DNA from: an uncultured archaeon
Lineage (GTDB): Archaea; Asgardarchaeota; Lokiarchaeia; Sigyniarchaeales; SOKP01
Reading direction: 5' to 3'
Assembly: GCA_964447495.1 (NCBI GenBank)
Contig: CAYUTF010000074.1
Coordinates: forward strand, 1-16,963
Length of the DNA: 16,963 nt
In this document: in pieces, positions 8,279-14,497 of the stretch
Numbering within the stretch: the first letter of the stretch is position 1
Layout of the letters: every line of letters starts with the position of its first letter
Notes under the pieces: model-generated
What the model was told of the DNA's origin: nothing
Seen by the model: only the letters and a program-made list of their open reading frames with translations
Databases searched by the model: none
Made by a program: the position numbers and the translations under genes

Positions 8279-10294
8279 ATGGACTTTATGAGTGTTAATT
8301 TCAAAATACAATCTGATTTTCAGCCAAGAGGAGATCAACCACAAGCAATAAGTGCTCTGGCAAAGAATATCAGAAATGGAAAGAAATTTCAAACGTTATT
8401 AGGTGCTACCGGCACTGGTAAAACGTTCACAATTGCTAATATAATAGAAGAAATCAGAAAGCCAACTTTATTAATGGCTCCGAATAAAACATTAGCCGCT
8501 CAATTATATAATGAACTCAAAGAGCTGTTTCCTGATAATGCTGTCCATTACTTTGTATCTTATTATGATTATTTTCAACCAGAGTCATACTTGCCGGTAA
8601 CTGGGCTATATATCGAAAAAGATTTCTCAGTAAATGAAGAAATTGAAAAACTCCGGTTAGCAGCAACTCACGCAATACGAACCAGGAATGATGTAATCAT
8701 AGTAGCGACAGTATCATGTATATATGGGATTGGAGATCCGGAATATTGGGATAAAACGACCTTGTATGTGGAAAAGGGTCAAAATATCAAGAGAACAGCC
8801 ATCATTAAACAATTGATTAAGATGAATTATGAGCGTTCAAGCGTAGAGTTTAAAAGAGGAATTGTGAGAGTTAAGGGAGATATAGTCGATATTTATCCTG
8901 CCTATTTAGATAATGGTCTAAGAATTTCATTATTCGGAGATGAGATTGAAAGCATTCATGAAATCCATCCTGTTTCTAATTCTATTATAAAAGAAGTCCC
9001 GAATTATCGTATTTTTCCCGCGACTCATTTTATCATTCCTGAAGAAAATAAAGTTAAAGCCTTGGAATTTATTGAACAAGAATTAGAAGAGCAATTGGAG
9101 TTTTTTAAATCCGAACAGAAATTTGCTGAGGCTCAGAGATTAGAGCGGAGAGTGAGGTTTGATCTTGAAATGATGAGAGAGATGGGATATTGCAAAGGAA
9201 TTGAAAATTATTCGAGACATTTAGATGGCAGGGCTCCAGGTTCTCCTCCAATGTGCTTGATCGATTACTTTCCAGAAGATTTCCTTATTGTGGCCGATGA
9301 AAGTCATATAACTATCCCCCAAATACATGGGATGATTGGTGGTGATCGATCACGTAAGAAAAATCTTATTGATTACGGTTGGCGATTGCCGAGCGCCTAT
9401 GATAATCGTCCTTTGACATTTGAAGAATGGGAAAATAAGATTCAATATATTGTATTTATGAGTGCTACACCAGGCTCATATGAGTTAAAGCGATCTGGAG
9501 GTATTTCTGCTGAACAGATAATCAGACCAACTGGACTTGTTGATCCACAGATTGAAGTGAGGCCAGCTACCAATCAAATTGATGATCTGTTAGGGGAAAT
9601 TAGAAAAGTTGTGGAAAACAAAGGAAGAGTATTAATCACTACATTGACTAAACGTATGTCAGAAGATATCGCTGAATATTACGCTGAACTTGGAGTTAAA
9701 ATCGAATATTTACATAGTGAGGTAAACACTGTTGAGAGGTTCGAGATATTGAGGAAATTAAGAGATGGAACCTATGATGTGGTTGTAGGAATAAATTTAC
9801 TTAGAGAAGGACTCGATTTACCAGAAGTTCAACTTGTTGCAATCTTGGATGCTGATAAGTTAGGATTTTTACGAGATACTCGTTCATTGATTCAAACGAT
9901 TGGTAGAGCATCGAGAAATGTAAATGGAAAAGCAATACTTTATGCGGACAGAATGTCACCTGCAATGAAGGAAGCAATTGAGGAAACGAATAGAAGAAGA
10001 AATAAACAAATTGAATATAACAAAACCAATAATATAACGCCTCAAACGATTCAAAAGAACATTTTGGAATCTCTTTCAGAAGAACACGAATTTAAAGAAA
10101 AAGAAGTTAAACGGTTAAAACAACATGTCAAAGATAAAATTGAGGAATTAGAAGTAAAAGGAGATCTTGATGTCATAGTCCAATACCTTGAAAATAAAAT
10201 GTTATTAGCAGCAAAAGAACTTAGGTTTGAAGATGCTGCATTTCTAAGAGATAAAATAATAGAATTCAAGGAAGATTATAAAGCGCAAGCATAA
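8279..10294 (+). CDS. uvrB: Excinuclease ABC subunit B (alternative ATG at 8288)
   Basis: PRGDQPQAI, LLGATGTGKTFT, NKTLAAQLY, FVSYYDYFQPE, GIENYSRH, DESH, SATPG, NLLREGLDLPEV, LIQTIGRASRN, and a C-terminal UVR domain (LRFEDAAFLRD). Confidence 0.99.
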   Translation: MDFMSVNFKIQSDFQPRGDQPQAISALAKNIRNGKKFQTLLGATGTGKTFTIANIIEEIRKPTLLMAPNKTLAAQLYNELKELFPDNAVHYFVSYYDYFQPESYLPVTGLYIEKDFSVNEEIEKLRLAATHAIRTRNDVIIVATVSCIYGIGDPEYWDKTTLYVEKGQNIKRTAIIKQLIKMNYERSSVEFKRGIVRVKGDIVDIYPAYLDNGLRISLFGDEIESIHEIHPVSNSIIKEVPNYRIFPATHFIIPEENKVKALEFIEQELEEQLEFFKSEQKFAEAQRLERRVRFDLEMMREMGYCKGIENYSRHLDGRAPGSPPMCLIDYFPEDFLIVADESHITIPQIHGMIGGDRSRKKNLIDYGWRLPSAYDNRPLTFEEWENKIQYIVFMSATPGSYELKRSGGISAEQIIRPTGLVDPQIEVRPATNQIDDLLGEIRKVVENKGRVLITTLTKRMSEDIAEYYAELGVKIEYLHSEVNTVERFEILRKLRDGTYDVVVGINLLREGLDLPEVQLVAILDADKLGFLRDTRSLIQTIGRASRNVNGKAILYADRMSPAMKEAIEETNRRRNKQIEYNKTNNITPQTIQKNILESLSEEHEFKEKEVKRLKQHVKDKIEELEVKGDLDVIVQYLENKMLLAAKELRFEDAAFLRDKIIEFKEDYKAQA

Positions 10295-10321
10295 TTTTGG
10301 GTATAATTTTATATTCTTTTG

Positions 10322-10951
10322 CTAATTTATAGCAATATTATATTTCTTTAAATCATCAATTAATTTTTCAGTATAGTAAAAATGTATTCCGCTAAAGCCC
10401 AAAGATCGTGCTAATGCTATATTTTTCTTCTCATCATCAATTACTAGTGCCTCAGAAGGTTTACATTCTATATGTTTAATTAATTCTTTATAAAATTCAA
10501 TATCATTCTTATTTTTTTGATAGTCAAAACTAAACACCGTATCATCAAAGTATCTTAAAAAATTACATTTTTTTTCTAAATATTCAATACGTTCTCTTAT
10601 ATTTCCGCTAAAAATCAATAACCTATAATTTCTTTTTAAAATTTGTAATAAATCTTCTATTCCATAATGAATACAATAAGAACCAAACCATATATATCGC
10701 GTGTGCTTTTTCTGCTTTCTATTTATTCCCAATTTTAGAAATAATTGTTCTTCAAAATCATCAATAGTTATCAAACCCTTTCTTAATAAATAACCTGCTG
10801 AATTCGGTTTATCACTAAAGATTTCACGTAATAAAGTTTCATCTTCAATATTATAAATTTCTTTGATCTTCTCTATTGCCAAAATAGTGCCCAAAGTGAA
10901 AAATACTCCACCTAAGTCAAATATGATTGTTTTTATATGATAACTGCTCAT
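10322..10951 (-). CDS. HAD-superfamily hydrolase, subfamily IA (YihX-like phosphatase)
   Basis: Motif I IIFDLGGV, motif II LIFSGN, Lys at QKNK, motif IV VIDDEKKNI...ARSLGF. Confidence 0.88.
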   Translation of the reverse strand: MSSYHIKTIIFDLGGVFFTLGTILAIEKIKEIYNIEDETLLREIFSDKPNSAGYLLRKGLITIDDFEEQLFLKLGINRKQKKHTRYIWFGSYCIHYGIEDLLQILKRNYRLLIFSGNIRERIEYLEKKCNFLRYFDDTVFSFDYQKNKNDIEFYKELIKHIECKPSEALVIDDEKKNIALARSLGFSGIHFYYTEKLIDDLKKYNIAIN

Positions 10952-10973
10952 AATTGAATTAAAAAAATGTACG

Positions 10974-11023
10974 TATTCAAATTTTTGTGTTTTATTAACA
11001 ACTTTCGTAAGGAATTTGATAAT
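10974..11023 (+). repeat. Dispersed intergenic element, copy A (left half plus TTGATAAT core)
   Basis: 46 of 51 aligned columns are identical to 12471-12520 (manual alignment: 3 substitutions, 2 single-base gaps). Confidence 0.9.
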
Positions 11024-11168
11024 CTTAGGAAAATTTTTTCTTTTTTTTTCAATTACCTATAAATAGATGCGTATCCTATCTTCATAATAGCGATTTCGAC
11101 AAAAAGACATTTTTTGTTGAGGAGGGAAAATTGATTAGTAATTAGATGTAGTTGATTGTTCCTGTTTA

Positions 11169-11534
11169 TTATTTCAAGATGGTATAATATAAGAATCCTA
11201 GTCCTCTTGGGGTTGCTTTCCATCCGCTTTCTGTATTCATGAGAAAAAATAATTGTTCTAGCATAGATAAATGATAATGTAAATGCTCATCCTCTAATTG
11301 GAATTTATCCTTTATTTCAACAAAAGACCTAGCATTAGTATCTATAAATTTTAGAAGTTCTCGTCTCGTTTCATTTGTCATTACTGAATAAAGGTGATCA
11401 TGTTCTTCCTTAGGATCAACTTGCTCTGTTTTCTTTAAGTATTCGTTCATCTCTTCCTCTTTTAAACAGCACTTATCTAAAATATCACGACTTCCAATAA
11501 AAGTTGAATGATAAATATCTTCGTCCTCTTTCAT
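11169..11534 (-). CDS. Winged helix-turn-helix (ArsR-like) protein, putative transcriptional regulator
   Basis: NETRRELLKFI...RSFVEIKDKFQLEDEHLHYHLSMLEQ...WKATPRG fits the ArsR/wHTH pattern. The N-terminal CC and HDH residues could bind metal. It is divergent from the ICMT-family gene. Confidence 0.72.
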   Translation of the reverse strand: MKEDEDIYHSTFIGSRDILDKCCLKEEEMNEYLKKTEQVDPKEEHDHLYSVMTNETRRELLKFIDTNARSFVEIKDKFQLEDEHLHYHLSMLEQLFFLMNTESGWKATPRGLGFLYYTILK

Positions 11535-11690
11535 ATTGAATGATAAGATGAGCTTATTTATAATTCTTTTATAAGTTAAATTAATTGATTACAATAATTT
11601 CCACCAAATGGTCTTTTTGAACCAGTTTTTCGAGATATTATTTTAATTAAATTTTATTAAAGGATAATATAGATTAAAAAAAATATGATT

Positions 11691-11695
11691 GGTGA
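11691..11695 (+). promoter_or_regulatory. Shine-Dalgarno-like site (GGTGA) supporting the TTG start at 11705
   Basis: GGTGA lies 9 nt upstream of the TTG. In-frame TGA codons at 11693 and 11696 preclude an upstream start. Confidence 0.5.
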
Positions 11696-11704
11696 TGAGT
11701 TGAT

Positions 11705-12322
11705 TTGATCGTTGCTCTTATTAATTTTATTGTATTAATTATTTCATTTTTGATAATGGGGTACCTTTATATTTTAAGTATCCAACCTATGAAAAGAGAA
11801 GAAAAACGAGGAATTAAAGCTTGGAAAGAATGTAGGATGTTTCGCTCAATTGGTGGTATTTTTGAATTTATTTCGGTTCTTAATTTAGTACTGTGGATTT
11901 GGTTTCCTCTTCCTATAATAAGTGAGTGGAAAGTTAACCCCAATTTCTGGGTTGGAATCATAATAGGGGCTTTTATAATGGTTCCTTGTTTAATTATTCT
12001 TGGAAAGGGGATATTGGATGCAGGAACTGAAACATTATCACCGTTAAAGGACACAGTAATGTATGGAGGTATCTACAATTATATTCGACATCCTCAGACT
12101 CTTGGGGAATTCCCTTTATTCGTTGCGATTAGTTTTATGCTTAATTCATGGTTTCTCATAATAATCTCTGCAATCTCGATCTTTGGATATATTCCAATTA
12201 TGATGTATTATGAAGAAAAAGATTTGATTCGTCGATTTGGAAATCTTTATAAAGAATACCGAGAGCATATGGGAGCTTTCTTTCCAAAATCAAGAAAAAA
12301 TAGAAATCAACATAATTTCTAA
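11705..12322 (+). CDS. Isoprenylcysteine carboxyl methyltransferase (ICMT/Ste14/PEMT) family membrane methyltransferase
   Basis: Several hydrophobic helices, plus the family motifs GGIYNYIRHPQTLG and YEEKDLIRRFGNLYKEYREHMGAFFP. Confidence 0.85.
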   Translation: MIVALINFIVLIISFLIMGYLYILSIQPMKREEKRGIKAWKECRMFRSIGGIFEFISVLNLVLWIWFPLPIISEWKVNPNFWVGIIIGAFIMVPCLIILGKGILDAGTETLSPLKDTVMYGGIYNYIRHPQTLGEFPLFVAISFMLNSWFLIIISAISIFGYIPIMMYYEEKDLIRRFGNLYKEYREHMGAFFPKSRKNRNQHNF

Positions 12323-12470
12323 AACATGAGATTAATTAATTAAACCAATTTATTTAAAAAACACTACTTTTCCAAAAGATATTTTTTAATTAATAAAATT
12401 TAGACCTTTTATTTAATAATTAATGTGATTTAACATTTGGGAGGGAACAAAAGAAGAATCAGATCATATA

Positions 12471-12547
12471 TATTCAAATTTTGTGTTTTATGAACAACTT
12501 TCATGAGGGAATTTGATAATTCATAAATTGAATACTAAATTTCATTA
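12471..12547 (+). repeat. Dispersed intergenic element, copy B (complete; nested inverted repeats)
   Basis: The left 50 bp match copy A and the right 35 bp match copy C. It contains the inverted pairs TATTCAA/TTGAATA and TTTATGAA/TTCATAAA. Confidence 0.9.
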
Positions 12548-12658
12548 GTGTCTAAAAAATTAGTTCCTATTTTTTATTTCTGAAAATACATTTAAATACT
12601 AACTTAACAAAATAGATCTTAATTCAATTAAGACAAAAATTTTGAATTGGGACACAAA

Positions 12659-14311
12659 ATGAAAATTAAAAAATCATATGTTATTTTAAGTCTTCTCATC
12701 TTTACTATCTCATTTTCTATAACTGGCAGAAAATATCAAACTTTTAGAACTCAATATAACTTTGCAACTCCAAAGTTAAGTGTAGGAGAAATATCTATCA
12801 TTACTCCTGAAAACAAAACTTACACTCAACCTGATAATGGATATTATCCCGGTAGTATTGGATTTGAAGATGATCTTATAGGTACAATTCCTGATGATTG
12901 GTGGTATCGTGTTCCAGATGGTGGGAGTTTTTATCGAGTTGTGGATGAATGGCAAGGTCGGAAGAATGTTTATGAAATCAGAAAAAACGGTGGTTCGATT
13001 AAAATTGAAACAAATGTTAATTTTTCTACACCAGCTACAATAGGCTCTGTTGATTTTTGGCTTTATAAGGATACTGGTTCAGGTATAGATCCAAGTAGGA
13101 TTAATTTAGAGGATGGTTATGAAACAGATTATTTTACTTTTGGTTTTGAAGCAGAAACCTTCTATACTGGACCATGGGAAGATAAGCAACAAATTTTTCC
13201 AAATGCATTTTCAGAAGATGAATGGCATTACGTTAGGGTTGATTTCAATATGTCTAAAGGGTGGCAGGTTCAAATAGACGATACACTTTATGGAGCTGGA
13301 TATGCGTTTACAACTTATGTTGGAAATCCTACGCAGGTTATGAATTTTCAGTTAGAATCAATCTGGTCAGGAGATTATCCTAATTATGGTGCATGGCTCG
13401 ATTCTATCGGATACTCTTGGGATCCGAATTACAATATAGGTGATAATTCAGACGAAGGATTACTTCTAAGCTTTAATTCTAATATTGATTTAGATTGGCA
13501 AGGATATTCGCTAGATGGACAAGCTAACAAGACGATCTTAGGAAATACTACGATCCCCATGCCCTCGGATGGGCTCCATTCGATTCAAGTATTTGGAAAT
13601 GATACCATGGGTTCAATGTATGAATCAGACATCCAATACTTCACCACCAATGTATTAGGGCCTTCAATATCCGTAAATTCTCCTCTATCAAATGTTCTAT
13701 CTGGAGTTATAGCCCCATCTTTCACATTAACAATACCCGATGCAGACCTTGATACTACATGGTATTCACTTGACGGTGGAACGACCACTATTCCTTTCAC
13801 TGGTTTATCTGGAAGTATTGATCAAACAGAATGGAATAAGATTGGCAATGGCACGGCCACTATTACATTTTATGCGAATGATACCGCAAATAATATAGCT
13901 CAAGCTTCAGTAACGGTAAGGAAGGACATCATAGTTCCATTAATAAGTATTAATGATCCAAGTAGCACCGAAGAGTTTGAGTTTACTCCAATCTATGATA
14001 TCACTGTAGATGAAGCAAATTTGGATGAAGTTTGGTACACAATTGACGGAGGAGCTCATAATTATACAATTACGGAGTTCTTAGGAACGATAAATTCTGA
14101 AGCATGGGCATACGCGCCCTCTGGTCCCGTGACTATTCGATTTTACGCCCGTGATTTAGCGGGAAATGTAGGCACTGCGTATTTGATTGTTGTGAAAACT
14201 TCTACTCAACAGCAACCCCCTCCTGCAATTCCAGGGTACAATCTTTTCTTGGTAGTTGGAGTGATAAGTTTGATATCGATTATGATACTTCGAAAGCGCC
14301 CTAAATCCTAA
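12659..14311 (+). CDS. Secreted, C-terminally anchored surface glycoprotein with a ConA/LamG-like domain, Ig-like repeats and a Loki-CTERM sorting signal (ORF track starts at TTG 12647)
   Basis: Signal peptide MKIKKSYVILSLLIFTISFSI. Three repeats of LD..(W/G)Y(S/T)(L/I)DG...(F/Y)(A/G)(N/R)D..(G/N). The C-terminus PAIPGYNLFLVVGVISLISIMILRKRPKS (IPGY, TM helix, basic tail) is typical of Loki-CTERM. Many N-x-S/T sequons. Confidence 0.85.
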   Translation: MKIKKSYVILSLLIFTISFSITGRKYQTFRTQYNFATPKLSVGEISIITPENKTYTQPDNGYYPGSIGFEDDLIGTIPDDWWYRVPDGGSFYRVVDEWQGRKNVYEIRKNGGSIKIETNVNFSTPATIGSVDFWLYKDTGSGIDPSRINLEDGYETDYFTFGFEAETFYTGPWEDKQQIFPNAFSEDEWHYVRVDFNMSKGWQVQIDDTLYGAGYAFTTYVGNPTQVMNFQLESIWSGDYPNYGAWLDSIGYSWDPNYNIGDNSDEGLLLSFNSNIDLDWQGYSLDGQANKTILGNTTIPMPSDGLHSIQVFGNDTMGSMYESDIQYFTTNVLGPSISVNSPLSNVLSGVIAPSFTLTIPDADLDTTWYSLDGGTTTIPFTGLSGSIDQTEWNKIGNGTATITFYANDTANNIAQASVTVRKDIIVPLISINDPSSTEEFEFTPIYDITVDEANLDEVWYTIDGGAHNYTITEFLGTINSEAWAYAPSGPVTIRFYARDLAGNVGTAYLIVVKTSTQQQPPPAIPGYNLFLVVGVISLISIMILRKRPKS

Positions 14312-14315
14312 AAAT

Positions 14316-14335
14316 CTTTATTTTTTCTTTTTTTA
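14316..14335 (+). terminator. T-rich tract after the surface-protein gene; candidate terminator
   Basis: CTTTATTTTTTCTTTTTTT begins 5 nt after the stop codon. Confidence 0.5.
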
Positions 14336-14357
14336 TATTATAAAAGAATAGTAAAAC

Positions 14358-14405
14358 TATGAATTAGATGTTGATAATTCATAAATTGAATACCCAGTTT
14401 CATTA
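14358..14405 (+). repeat. Dispersed intergenic element, copy C (core plus right half; perfect 9-bp hairpin)
   Basis: 14371-14405 is identical to 12513-12547 at 32 of 35 positions, the first 23 bp exactly. TATGAATTA (14358-14366) and TAATTCATA (14375-14383) form a perfect inverted repeat. Confidence 0.9.
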
Positions 14406-14497
14406 TTTTATTTTTAATATGCAAATATAAGTAGAAGGTTTTTATTTATCGCAGTAAAACTTTTTTGATCTCCAGAATTATATGAAAATATCAGAAT

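Noticed and set aside
840-10967. 16-bp match AATTGAATTAAAAAAA at 840-855 and 10952-10967
   Set aside because: Low-complexity AT-rich sequence in different contexts; plausibly chance.
11705-12322. ICMT-family gene as a eukaryotic-signature prenylation enzyme
   Set aside because: The family is widespread in bacteria and archaea, and nothing here indicates CAAX-protein substrates.
12490-12520. SECIS/K-turn-like reading of copy B (ATGA...stem...GA), considered because Lokiarchaeia have eukaryote-like SECIS elements
   Set aside because: Copy A has ATTA in place of ATGA, the helix is short, there is no apical AA motif, and no neighbouring gene has a credible in-frame Sec TGA.
10974-14405. CRISPR array or canonical integron attC interpretation of the repeats
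   Set aside because: The copies are 1.5-1.9 kb apart with no spacer periodicity and no cas genes. RYYYAAC...GTTRRRY ends are not discernible and no intI is present.
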